The notes beneath the pieces are model-generated. The model did no database searches. It was not told where the DNA came from and was given only the letters and a program-made list of their open reading frames with translations. Positions 35,524 to 43,854 of a stretch of 43,854 bases of DNA are shown in pieces. Both the position numbers and the translations under genes were made by a program. The DNA is taken from contig CAYVBK010000015.1 of NCBI GenBank assembly GCA_964449465.1, positions 64,001 through 107,854 of the forward strand, written 5' to 3'. Position 1 is the first letter of the stretch. Every line of letters begins with the position of its first letter. The DNA is from an uncultured Anaerolineae bacterium (GTDB lineage: Bacteria; Chloroflexota; Anaerolineae; JAFGEY01).

Positions 35524-35700
35524 CTCCTGAGTCCACTGAAAAAACCACCAAGAACACCAAGTACACGAAGAAAGTCAAGACTTGCATTAATTATTTCAAT
35601 ATTGTATTTGAACAATTTCAAGCTCAACCTGAATTTTCTTTGTGACCTTTGTGTTCTTTGTGGTTAAATCCACCTTTTTTCAGGAGAGTCACTCCTGAGT
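35524..35700 (+). repeat. MITE-like palindromic dispersed repeat, copy D (diverged, longer AT-rich centre)
   Basis: actcctgagtccactgaaaaaaccaccaagaacaccaag...ctttgtgacctttgtgttctttgtgg...ttttttcaggagagtcactcctgagt. The iPGM RBS lies within its left terminal repeat. Confidence 0.7.
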
Positions 35701-35772
35701 TTGAAAAAGATGCGACACATTGTATCACATCCATCTCTGGGCGGCAATTGCGAGGTGGTTGAAACAAAAAAA

Positions 35773-35803
35773 GCCCTGGCGGTCATTCTCCAGGGCTGGT
35801 GTT
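35773..35803 (-). terminator. Rho-independent terminator on minus strand (GCCCUGG-loop-CCAGGGC followed by U7)
   Basis: Plus-strand sequence is aaaaaaaGCCCTGG-cggtcattct-CCAGGGC. On the minus strand it is followed by UUUUUUU. It lies 20 nt downstream of the small ORF stop. Confidence 0.7.
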
Positions 35804-35815
35804 TTCAGGCACGAA

Positions 35816-35962
35816 TCATCCCAAAATGATAATCAGGGTTTGCAGCCAGGCTGCCAGACGGCTCTTGTTGGCCGATAAAAAACGACGCGCACTGGCTGCC
35901 TCGCTCAGCAGATCGTCCATCTTGAGCCTGGCCACCTGATTGACCATCCAATAATTATCCAT
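35816..35962 (-). CDS. Small ORF (48 aa) absent from the >=60 aa track: MDNYWMVNQVARLKMDDLLSEAASARRFLSANKSRLAAWLQTLIIILG
   Basis: Strong SD GAAAGGAGG lies 5 nt before the ATG. A strong terminator follows directly. Own promoter 300 nt upstream. Confidence 0.4.
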   Translation of the reverse strand: MDNYWMVNQVARLKMDDLLSEAASARRFLSANKSRLAAWLQTLIIILG

Positions 35963-36262
35963 TTTTGCCTCCTTTCGGGCCTAGCCCGATTGTGAGGTAC
36001 CCTGCAACCGATCACGTTGCATAAAAAAAAGGGCACCTTGACCAATGATGTAGGTTCTGGGTGTCCTTTTCCTACGCCTACGAGGTTAGCTAGGCGATGC
36101 GTATCGCCCGGGCTTGGGTCGAAAAAGGCTGACCCTACACTGTTTCGCGCGCAGACCCGGCAACGACTCTGCCTGGAAACCCGTGATTCGCCCCTGATGT
36201 GGTTCCCCCGTTACAAGCCTGACCTGACAAGCCAGCCTGTATTAGGCGATTTATTCAATTGC
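35963..36262 (-). promoter_or_regulatory. ~300-nt structured 5' leader with internal terminator-like hairpin + U8 (candidate riboswitch/attenuator or ncRNA)
   Basis: On the minus strand, AAGGACACC-(21 nt)-GGUGCCCUU is followed by UUUUUUUU, ~70 nt upstream of the small ORF's RBS. Upstream of that lie several mutually exclusive hairpins (GGGUC-10-GACCC, GGCGAU-ACGC-AUCGCC, CGCCUA-10-UAGGCG). I cannot match it to any known riboswitch class by eye. Confidence 0.3.
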
Positions 36263-36268
36263 AGGGTG

Positions 36269-36298
36269 ATCATATCACAAGAAATATCCTCTGTCAAG
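36269..36298 (-). promoter_or_regulatory. Near-consensus sigma70 promoter on minus strand: TTGACA-18-TATGAT
   Basis: Plus-strand tgtcaa at 36293-36298 gives the -35. Plus-strand atcata at 36269-36274 gives the -10. Located immediately after the stop of the ABC permease gene. Confidence 0.5.
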
Positions 36299-36300
36299 CC

Positions 36301-37290
36301 TCAGCCGCGTTTGCGTTGAATGATGGCAATGCTGATCAGGATGAGCAGGCCGCTGATGACCGTGTACAGCAAAATGTAGACGATCCAGGGCGAGATCAAG
36401 GGGACGACATAGGTGTTGCCGTTGTTGCTGGTAACCTGACTGGTGAAAAAGAAAAACGAGTTTTTCTCTTGCTCAATCACCACAGTGGCGATGGCAGTGG
36501 CAAAGGGGTTGGAGCATACCAGCAGGCCGCCCAGGTAGACCAGGGCGATCTGGCCGATCCAGTCCAGCTTGTCCATAATCGGGTCAATCAGGACGCCGAT
36601 AAAGCCGAGCAGCATGGACAGCATAATCGGCAGCCCCATCGAAAAGAGCAGGATGGTGGCATAGGTCAGCACGGTCGAGGCGATGGATGATTTCATCAGG
36701 CTAGAGATGAAAATGCCCACCGCGCCCGAAAGCAGGGCGGTGGCCAGCAGCAGCAGCGTGCCGATGATCACTTCGGGCAGGACGACGCCGCCAAAGACAA
36801 AGGCCAGGCTTTCGATGGGCAGGGCCACCAGGATGAGCAGGACGATATAGGCCAGCGCCGATACCAGTTTGCCCAGCACCAGCGAATGGGTGGGCAGCAG
36901 GGTGGTGACCAACAGTTCCAGCGTTTTGCGCTCGCGTTCTCCCGAAATTGCTCCAGCCGTAAAAGCCGGCGACAAAAAGACCACCATCACCATCTGCAAG
37001 AGATAGGTGCTGTAAAAGAGAGCCTGCCCTATCGTCGAGCCGACCGTGCCGCTGTTGGATGAGGCTTCGGCAATAATAAAGTAAACGAACGATGCAAAGC
37101 AGCTCAAAATGACCAACTGACTGATCAGCACGGCGGCGGCGCGCCAGCCGCGCATGCGCCCGCGCAGTTCCTTGATCACTACCGGGTTGTTCCAGGTCTG
37201 GTAGGCCAGGCGATGAAACAGTCCCAGCAGTCGCTGTGACAGGGGGCGCCGAATTTTTTGGGGAGCAGGTGATAGGGCGGTTTCGCTCAT
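36301..37290 (-). CDS. ABC-2 family transporter permease
   Basis: Six hydrophobic segments. GGAGAAGAG RBS. Follows the ABC ATPase with a 29-bp gap. Confidence 0.7.
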   Translation of the reverse strand: MSETALSPAPQKIRRPLSQRLLGLFHRLAYQTWNNPVVIKELRGRMRGWRAAAVLISQLVILSCFASFVYFIIAEASSNSGTVGSTIGQALFYSTYLLQMVMVVFLSPAFTAGAISGERERKTLELLVTTLLPTHSLVLGKLVSALAYIVLLILVALPIESLAFVFGGVVLPEVIIGTLLLLATALLSGAVGIFISSLMKSSIASTVLTYATILLFSMGLPIMLSMLLGFIGVLIDPIMDKLDWIGQIALVYLGGLLVCSNPFATAIATVVIEQEKNSFFFFTSQVTSNNGNTYVVPLISPWIVYILLYTVISGLLILISIAIIQRKRG

Positions 37291-37319
37291 GCGCTCTTCT
37301 CCAACAGGCCACCGGGGCG

Positions 37320-38279
37320 TCAGGATACGATGCCGCGCGTGGTCTGCATAAATACGTCTTCCAGATCGGGTTTTTCTTCTTGAAAATTGATGATCGGCAG
37401 GCCGGCCTCGATCAACCGGGTGAGGATGGCGGTTTGGGCGGCGTCGTCGCCGTTAAACTGGACGACCAACCCGTTTTTGCGCCCGCCGCGCTCTGTGGTT
37501 TGCACATCTAGCACGCCGGGCAGTGTTTGGACGATGGTCTGCGCTTCGGCGGCGCGGTCGGTCAGAGCGATGCGCACCCGCCGGGTGGGGCGGTGTTCTT
37601 GAATCTCGTCCAGGCTGCCACAGGCCACCAGCCGTCCCGCCTCGATGATGCCGATGGTGTTGCAGATTTCGGCCACTTCGAGCAAAATGTGCGATGAGAA
37701 AAAGATGGTTTTGCCCATAGCCTGCAATTCTTTGAGCAGCTCACGGATTTCGATGCGCGCTCGCGGGTCCAGGCCCGACGCCGGCTCGTCCAAAATCAGC
37801 ACTTGAGGGTCGTGGGTGAGGGTGCGGGCCAGGCACAGCCGCTGCTTCATGCCTCGCGACAGGCTGTCTACATAGTCGTTGCGGCGATGCGACAGGTCTA
37901 CCAGTTTGAGCAGGTCGTCAATCAACCCTTTGCGCTGCTGCGCCGGAATGTCATAGCAGGCCGCGAAAAAATCCAGATATTCCCACACTTTCATATCGTC
38001 ATACGTGCCGAAAAAGTCGGGCATATAGCCGATCTGGCGGCGCACCCCGCGCGGGTCTCGGCGCACCGAACAGCCGCCGATCCAGGCGTCGCCGCTGGTG
38101 GGGCGCAGCAGGGTGCAGAGAATGCGCATAGTGGTGGTTTTGCCCGCTCCGTTGGGGCCGATAAAGCCAAAAATGCTGCCCTGCTCGATGCGCAGTGAAA
38201 CGCTTTGGAGGGCGGTCAGGCCGCTTTTGCCACTGCCATAGCGGTGAACCAGGTTTTGGGTTTCAATAATCGCTGCCAC
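37320..38279 (-). CDS. ABC transporter ATP-binding protein
   Basis: Walker A GPNGAGKTT, signature LSRGMKQRL, Walker B LILDEPASGLD. Start set at GTG 38279 with AGGAG 6 nt upstream. The track's N-extension to 38465 overlaps the upstream gene. Confidence 0.85.
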   Translation of the reverse strand: MAAIIETQNLVHRYGSGKSGLTALQSVSLRIEQGSIFGFIGPNGAGKTTTMRILCTLLRPTSGDAWIGGCSVRRDPRGVRRQIGYMPDFFGTYDDMKVWEYLDFFAACYDIPAQQRKGLIDDLLKLVDLSHRRNDYVDSLSRGMKQRLCLARTLTHDPQVLILDEPASGLDPRARIEIRELLKELQAMGKTIFFSSHILLEVAEICNTIGIIEAGRLVACGSLDEIQEHRPTRRVRIALTDRAAEAQTIVQTLPGVLDVQTTERGGRKNGLVVQFNGDDAAQTAILTRLIEAGLPIINFQEEKPDLEDVFMQTTRGIVS

Positions 38280-38311
38280 AGGCGGCTCCTGAAAAGGTAA
38301 ACGGCATTGGC

Positions 38312-40714
38312 CTATTTTTTCTGCCCGGCCGCCGAAAAATCCAGTGAGACGGGATTGTTGCCGCTGATCGTCATCACCCGCACCTGGATGCTGCCGTCGG
38401 ACTGCACCCACGATGGTGGGTTGAGCAGGACATTGCTGCCCCAGACCAGCCCGATGGATTCCCATTGATCGTTATCGGCACGCCTGATCTGGATGGTGGG
38501 CCGGGTGGTGGTCGAGGATGCATAGGACGACGTCAGGTGCAGGTTCAATTCGGTGAGGGTCACGTGATCGGCGTCGGGTATGTAAAAGGCGAATGTGACC
38601 GGCGTTTGAAAGGGATACAGGTTTTGAGGACTGGCATTTTCGTCACCATCCAGGACCTGCCAGGTCATCAATCCCGTCGGCACGCTCCAGGCATTGCTGC
38701 CGCTGCTGGACGGCGAAATCCAGGTAAAGGACAGTGGCATCACCAGCAAGGTGGTGGCGTACAGGCCGGTGTTTTTGCCTTCGACCACAATCTGGTCGGG
38801 GCTGGCGTCCAGCCAGCCGACCAGGTTCAGGCCGTCCAGGGTGATGGAGGCAGATTGGGCACTGTAGGGCGGAAACAGGCAGTCGGCAATTTCTTTGCGA
38901 CGTTCTTGCTCGCGGCCCTCGCGGCCCAACGTGGACGGCCCAGCCAGGTCATTGCCCAGTTGGTAGAGGGGATTGCCGCCAATGACCGAAATGTCGAGCG
39001 AGATGGTTTGGGTGGCCCCGTTGGGCAGGTCGTCTATTTGCACCGGGTATTTGTTCAAGACCAAAACGCAGCGGGTGAGGTTATAGCCGCTCTGGTTGGA
39101 CAGGCTGCCCTGCACCCGAAACAGGTTGTTGGATACCTGGCTGAGGGTCAAGCTGGCCGAGACGCCGGACCAGGGACGGAGGGTGTGGACGGCAAAGCCG
39201 CTCATCGAACCAACATTGACCTCCAGGTTGCGCACCCGAGTGGGCGGCCCTTGCTCAACCCGCAGCGACCCCGTCAGTGCGCCGACCGACCCCGTTCCTG
39301 AGGTGGCAAGTTGATATACCAGAGTGTGATCGGGCAGGCGCACATCATAGCCCTGGCGCAGCGGCGAATACAGCCCCACAAAATGATCCACGGCGGCCAT
39401 GCCGCTTTGGGGCATGGCGCGAATCACCGTCACCTGGCTGATTGCGGGGCGGGTGCCGCGAAACAGCCAGCCCGAAATATAGGCCCCGCAGCTAAAGATG
39501 ACAATTAGCAGCGGGATGGTGATCCAGGCCCACGACTGTCGGTCAATCGCCCGCAGCACCAGCAGGTTGAGCGGCCCGATGATCATGATGTAAAAGAACA
39601 AGAACATCATCACCAGCAGCACCGACGGTGCGTCCAGGCCGGGGATGTTGGCGATGGCCTGATCGAGCGATCCCCAGGCGATCTGCGCCCTGCCGGGGCG
39701 CAGAGTCAGGGGAACGGCATAGAACAGGCGCGGCCAGAGTTTGTCGTTGCCCACCCAGGCCCGCAAAGGCTCCTGGTAGGGGTCAAAAGCCAGGTAATCC
39801 AGCCGCCCGCGATCCAACTCGCGGCGCACGATGAGCGGCTGTTGCACGCTCCCGGCCAGAACCCGGCCGGTAGTCGGCTCGATTTGCGCCACCACCACCG
39901 GTAACTCGGATGCCAGAGGGGTGTTGGCAAAAGTGCCGATGGCCGACAGGTCACTGATGCTTTGAGTGCCGATCACCCGCACCGGCAGCAGATCGTCCAG
40001 GCCGGCGGCGGTGGCCACGGCATTGGGCCCGCCGCAGATGATCAAGTGGCCGCCAAAAGCCACCCAGCCGCGCAGAGCTGTCCGCTGATCGGCGGTGAGG
40101 GGGGCGGTGTCGGCGCGGTGCAAGATCAGGGCATCCAGGCCGTTCAGGGCGCGACCCTGTGCGGGAATGTCGGACAGGGACAGGTGGGCCACGTTGAACC
40201 GCCCTTTGCCCACCGGCGGCAGCCCGGCTAAATAGTTGAGCGCAGCCCCATCATCGCCGATCACGCCGATCAAGAAATCTTGATCGCTCAGCGGTTGCAA
40301 GCGCACCTGTTGTTCGACCAGGGTGCGGTTTTTTTGGATCAGCGACACTGTGATTTCTTGAGTATAATTGGGAATAAAAACAAAGAGCGAGAATTGTTTA
40401 CGGGATTGGGTGGGGAGGATGGCCGGTTGAGTGTACACCACATCGGCGTTGTTCCAGTTGCCACCGGTTTTGACGCGGATTTCGCCGTTGACATCGCCGC
40501 CCTGATTGGCGGCGATGATGGTAATGGGCAGCCAGCCGCCGACTTTGTAATATCCATCCCAGCCGGCGCGAATGTCCAGCGTGGGCAGGTCTTGGGCCGA
40601 GATATGGGTTGGCGCCAGGACACCAATTGCGCCCAGCCCGACGGCCATCCATAGTATGATTTGTCGCAATGTTCGCACGCCGCTCTCCTGGCTTGAGAAT
40701 TGGGTCTGTTTCAC
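38312..40714 (-). CDS. GldG-like ABC-transport auxiliary component (signal peptide, class-I glutamine-amidotransferase-like domain, internal TM segment)
   Basis: N-terminal signal. DFLIGVIGDDGAA...LDALILHRAD...GWVAFGGHLIICGG resembles ABC_transp_aux/GldG. Central TM stretch VLLVMMFLFFYIMIIGPL. GTG start with no clear SD, so start confidence is low. Confidence 0.5.
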   Translation of the reverse strand: MKQTQFSSQESGVRTLRQIILWMAVGLGAIGVLAPTHISAQDLPTLDIRAGWDGYYKVGGWLPITIIAANQGGDVNGEIRVKTGGNWNNADVVYTQPAILPTQSRKQFSLFVFIPNYTQEITVSLIQKNRTLVEQQVRLQPLSDQDFLIGVIGDDGAALNYLAGLPPVGKGRFNVAHLSLSDIPAQGRALNGLDALILHRADTAPLTADQRTALRGWVAFGGHLIICGGPNAVATAAGLDDLLPVRVIGTQSISDLSAIGTFANTPLASELPVVVAQIEPTTGRVLAGSVQQPLIVRRELDRGRLDYLAFDPYQEPLRAWVGNDKLWPRLFYAVPLTLRPGRAQIAWGSLDQAIANIPGLDAPSVLLVMMFLFFYIMIIGPLNLLVLRAIDRQSWAWITIPLLIVIFSCGAYISGWLFRGTRPAISQVTVIRAMPQSGMAAVDHFVGLYSPLRQGYDVRLPDHTLVYQLATSGTGSVGALTGSLRVEQGPPTRVRNLEVNVGSMSGFAVHTLRPWSGVSASLTLSQVSNNLFRVQGSLSNQSGYNLTRCVLVLNKYPVQIDDLPNGATQTISLDISVIGGNPLYQLGNDLAGPSTLGREGREQERRKEIADCLFPPYSAQSASITLDGLNLVGWLDASPDQIVVEGKNTGLYATTLLVMPLSFTWISPSSSGSNAWSVPTGLMTWQVLDGDENASPQNLYPFQTPVTFAFYIPDADHVTLTELNLHLTSSYASSTTTRPTIQIRRADNDQWESIGLVWGSNVLLNPPSWVQSDGSIQVRVMTISGNNPVSLDFSAAGQKK

Positions 40715-40831
40715 GGGTTCGTTCAGAGTATACCTGTAAATTTACTATGCGTCAAGGGAGGGGCTTGCCTCGCCTGTCAAGGGGCGGTATAATGGCTTTG
40801 AATCACAAATTTTACCATAGATCGGCTTGCT

Positions 40832-43768
40832 ATGCGCTTACCTGTCTCATTTGCGTATCCTCATTATCTCTGGATATTTCTGGTTTTGCCAGTGATGGTC
40901 GGCTTGTGGCAGCGCGGGCGAAATCGGTTTCGCCGCCTGCGCGAGGGCATCAGCCTGGTGGTGCGCCTGCTCATCCTGGCTTTGCTGGTGCTGGGCCTGG
41001 CCGGGCTGCAATGGGTGCGCGCCAGCAATGACCTGGCGGTGGTGTTTTTGCTGGATGTGTCGGACAGCGTTGACCAGGCTGCCCGCGCACAGGCTGTCGA
41101 ATTTGTGCGCGCCGCGCTCTCGCACATGGGGTCAAACGATCATGCCGCGCTGGTGCTGTTCGGCTCGGACGCCCTGGTCGAACGGCCCATGTCGCAGTCG
41201 CACGAGTTGGGCGAGTTGCTGTCCGTTCCGTCTACCTTTCACACCGACATCGGCCAGGCCATACGGCTGGGGCTGGCCCTCTTGCCGGCGACAGCGCAGC
41301 GGCGGCTGGTGCTGCTGTCCGACGGCGTGGACACTGTATCTGGCGCAACGGCCAACAGTGAGACGGCGGCGCGTCTGGCGGCGGCCGGCGGCGCCGAACT
41401 GGATGTGGTGCCGCTGCCCGGACGCGGCGACGGGGGAGGCGAAGAGGTTTTGCTGGATAGCCTGAACGCGCCTTCTCTGCTGTATGAGGGCGAAATGTTT
41501 GGCGTGACGGTGCGGGTGCGCAGCACGGCAGCGCAATACGCCCTGATTCGCCTCTATGCCGACGACGCGCTGGCACACGAAGAGCTGGTTTATCTCCAGG
41601 TTGGCCTCAACTCGTTTTTGTTCGAGATGCAGGCCGGCCAGTCTGGCTTTAGCACGTTCACGGCGCAGTTGGTGCCGGAAAAGGACGTGTTTTATCAAAA
41701 CAATGTGCTGGGTGCGTTTGCCCTGGTGCGTGGGCAGCCGCGTGTGTTGGTGGTGGCCCGCTCGCCGTATCCCGACAAACAGAGCGGCGTGTTGGTAGAC
41801 GATGCGCAAGCACTGATGGCGGCGTTGGAGAGCGTAAACATTCCGGTTGAGCGGGTTACGCCGGCCTACATGCCCGCCGATCTGCCCTCGCTGGGCGAAT
41901 ATGCGGCGGTGGTGCTGGCCAATGTGCCGGCCACCGACCTTTCGCCGCGCCAGATGGAGCTGTTGCAAGCCTATGTGCGCGATTTGGGGCATGGGCTGGT
42001 GTGTGTGGGCGGCGAGGAGAGCTATGGCGTGGGCGGTTATGTCAAGACACCGTTGGAAGAGACGCTGCCGGTTGAGATGGTGATCAAGGACCGGCAGCGC
42101 ATGCCGCCGCTGGCGATCATTTTTGTGGTGGACAAGTCGGGCAGCATGGACATGGCCGCCAGCCCCGGCACGCCGCGCAAAATCGAGCTGGTCAAAGAGG
42201 CTGTGGTGCGTTCGCTCGATCTGCTCAACCCCGGCGATCAGGTGGGGGTGGTGGCATTTGAAGACTCGGCGCAGTGGGTGTGGAACCTGGCTCCGTTGGA
42301 GGATGTGGAGGCGGTCAAAACGCAGGTGATGACCATGCGCGGCGGCGGCGGCACCGACATTTTTGCCGGCCTGGAGGCGGCGGTGCGGGTGATGGAGGGC
42401 AGCGACGCCCGCCTCAAGCACGTCATTCTGCTCACCGACGGCGGAGCCAGTGAGACAGGGCTGCGTGAGCTGGCTTTGCGCCTGCAAGCGACCAACGGCA
42501 CGCTGTCTACGGTGGGGGTGGGCCAGGATGCGGCGACTTTTTTGCAGCAGTTGGCCCTCGACGGCGGCGGCCGCTATCATTACACCGACAATCCGGCCAC
42601 CATTCCGCAGATTTTTGCCCAGGAGACCAGCCTGGCGCAGCGTGCTTATATTGTCGAAGAACTGTTCTACCCGGCCCTGGCCGGGCGCAGCCTCATTTTG
42701 AGCGGCATCGAAACGACGCCGCCGCTGTACGGCTATGTGGCCGCCTCGCCCAAGCCGGCCGCGCAAGTGATCCTGGTCTCCGGCCAGGACGACCCGCTGC
42801 TGGCACAGTGGCAGTATGGGTTGGGGCGGGCGGTGGCCTGGACTTCGGACGCCAAAGGCAAGTGGGCGCAGGCGTGGCTGAGTTGGGAGCAATTTCCGCG
42901 TTTTTGGGCGCAGACGGTGCGCTGGACCATTGTCGAGCGCGACGAGTCGGGGCTGGAAACGCGCATCACCGACGAGGGTGAGCGGGCGCGCATCGCCGTA
43001 GACGTGGTGGGCGACGCCGCGCCCTATGGCAATGACCTGAGCATGAACGCGTATTTGATCTCGCCTTCGCTCAAATCGCAGCAAATATCTTTGCGCCAGA
43101 CTGCGCCGGGCCACTATGAGGCTGCTTTTCGTCCAGAGGAGCAGGGGGTCTACCTGGTGCGCATTGCGGCGGCCTCATCGCAGCCCGATGCGCCGGCCCT
43201 GACCCAGACGATTGGTATGGTGCGCGCCTATTCGCCGGAATATCGCCTGCTCCAGGCCGATGAAAATGCCATGCGCCGCCTGGCCGAGGCCGGGCAGGGG
43301 CGGTTGCTCGATGACCCGGCCGGCGTTTTTCAGCACACCCAACAGCCGGTGTATACATTTACCGACATCTGGATGGGACTGCTGATTGCGGCAGTGTGCC
43401 TGACTCCGCTGGACGTGGGGGTGCGGCGGGTGACGGTGCGCTGGAGCGAGATGGCGCAAGGTCTGGGGCGGGCCTGGGGTGGAGTGATGGCCCGTCTGCG
43501 GCATCGCCCGGCGCCTCGCCTGCCTGCCGAGCAGCCCATTTCGCGGCTGATGGAGGCCAAAAAGCGCGCTCCGCTCGAATCGGCCGACGAGGCGGCGATC
43601 AGGCCAGCCTTGCCCACATCTGCGGCCATCCCGCCAACGCCGCCGCCGCCCGTGTCTGTGCCGGCCGAGTCTGTGCCGGCGCCGGTTCAGCCGCCCGCCG
43701 AGCCGCCCGCCGGCGACATGGCTGCGCGTCTGCTGGCGGCCAAAAAGCGGGCCGGGCGGACAGAGTGA
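40832..43768 (+). CDS. BatA-like membrane protein with two von Willebrand factor A domains and Pro-rich C-terminus
   Basis: N-terminus FAYPHYLWIFLVLPVMVGLW (BatA-type TM). MIDAS motifs VVFLLDVSDSVD and IIFVVDKSGSMD. C-terminal TM IWMGLLIAAVCL plus a PPTPPPP tail. The antisense ORF 41132..43114 is rejected. Confidence 0.75.
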   Translation: MRLPVSFAYPHYLWIFLVLPVMVGLWQRGRNRFRRLREGISLVVRLLILALLVLGLAGLQWVRASNDLAVVFLLDVSDSVDQAARAQAVEFVRAALSHMGSNDHAALVLFGSDALVERPMSQSHELGELLSVPSTFHTDIGQAIRLGLALLPATAQRRLVLLSDGVDTVSGATANSETAARLAAAGGAELDVVPLPGRGDGGGEEVLLDSLNAPSLLYEGEMFGVTVRVRSTAAQYALIRLYADDALAHEELVYLQVGLNSFLFEMQAGQSGFSTFTAQLVPEKDVFYQNNVLGAFALVRGQPRVLVVARSPYPDKQSGVLVDDAQALMAALESVNIPVERVTPAYMPADLPSLGEYAAVVLANVPATDLSPRQMELLQAYVRDLGHGLVCVGGEESYGVGGYVKTPLEETLPVEMVIKDRQRMPPLAIIFVVDKSGSMDMAASPGTPRKIELVKEAVVRSLDLLNPGDQVGVVAFEDSAQWVWNLAPLEDVEAVKTQVMTMRGGGGTDIFAGLEAAVRVMEGSDARLKHVILLTDGGASETGLRELALRLQATNGTLSTVGVGQDAATFLQQLALDGGGRYHYTDNPATIPQIFAQETSLAQRAYIVEELFYPALAGRSLILSGIETTPPLYGYVAASPKPAAQVILVSGQDDPLLAQWQYGLGRAVAWTSDAKGKWAQAWLSWEQFPRFWAQTVRWTIVERDESGLETRITDEGERARIAVDVVGDAAPYGNDLSMNAYLISPSLKSQQISLRQTAPGHYEAAFRPEEQGVYLVRIAAASSQPDAPALTQTIGMVRAYSPEYRLLQADENAMRRLAEAGQGRLLDDPAGVFQHTQQPVYTFTDIWMGLLIAAVCLTPLDVGVRRVTVRWSEMAQGLGRAWGGVMARLRHRPAPRLPAEQPISRLMEAKKRAPLESADEAAIRPALPTSAAIPPTPPPPVSVPAESVPAPVQPPAEPPAGDMAARLLAAKKRAGRTE

Positions 43769-43854
43769 GGGGGGCGCGGCGCATTGCCGACCTGATCGGG
43801 CAGCCTGGGTTTTTGTTCCATACTACCCCCTTGGACGCTTGTCAAGCGACCGGA

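Noticed and set aside
35963-36262. Assignment of the leader to a known riboswitch or ncRNA class (SAM, TPP, cobalamin, c-di-GMP, ZTP, ydaO, SRP, RNase P, tmRNA).
   Set aside because: No conserved core sequence of those classes could be recognised by eye. It is left as an unclassified candidate.
1-43854. GTATAC hexamer enrichment on its own.
   Set aside because: I see six occurrences in intergenic DNA against roughly four expected window-wide at this GC (coding regions not exhaustively counted), so this is not significant. Only the extended GAGTATAC core and the composite arrangement are reported.
1-43854. tRNA or rRNA genes.
   Set aside because: No cloverleaf-compatible or rRNA-like segments were found in any intergenic region.

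Overview
This is a ~66% GC window, gene-dense, with many GTG/TTG or SD-less starts and long antisense 'shadow' ORFs. The content resembles a Chloroflexota-like chromosome (tentative, based on the CSLREA-type beta-helix protein and the MITE architecture). I find no rRNA, tRNA or CRISPR. I call 36 protein-coding genes with protein-level support.

Genes called, in order:
- GH31 alpha-glucosidase (5' partial)
- alpha/beta-hydrolase fused to a cNMP-binding domain
- M50 site-2 protease
- degenerate amidohydrolase-2-like protein and a SEC-C-motif protein (minus-strand operon)
- ParA plus an overlapping RHH (ParG-like) gene
- a hypothetical protein, DegV, homoserine dehydrogenase and DUF58
- an FHA-OmpR-wHTH fusion divergent from a tail-anchored Ser/Thr kinase
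- an operon of hotdog thioesterase, OmpR response regulator and REC-GAF-PAS hybrid histidine kinase
- aspartate aminotransferase
- a 648-aa alpha/beta-hydrolase
- a three-gene cluster: Tat-signal Cys-Tyr-motif protein, radical SAM/SPASM maturase, chagasin-type (I42) lipoprotein inhibitor
- a 978-aa SARP/AfsR-like regulator divergent from a small protein that is translationally coupled to a 983-aa secreted CSLREA/beta-helix/3xDUF11 protein
- SRPBCC protein
- a membrane GAF-PP2C phosphatase translationally coupled to a URO-D-family protein
- a circularly permuted cofactor-independent phosphoglycerate mutase
- a small 48-aa ORF with a long structured leader
- ABC-2 permease, ABC ATPase and a GldG-like auxiliary protein
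- a 978-aa double-VWA BatA-like membrane protein

Non-coding structure:
- a four-copy MITE-like palindromic dispersed repeat (~135-180 bp)
- several rho-independent terminators
- recurring GTRTACT / GAGTATAC palindromic intergenic motifs
- an 8-bp-periodic tandem array upstream of the S2P gene
- a 2-copy 35-bp palindromic direct repeat
- near-identical 381-bp intragenic tandem repeats

The two most novel candidates are (i) the Tat-protein / rSAM-SPASM / chagasin cluster, which may be a new post-translational crosslinking system acting on a full-length exported protein, and (ii) the naturally circularly permuted iPGM.
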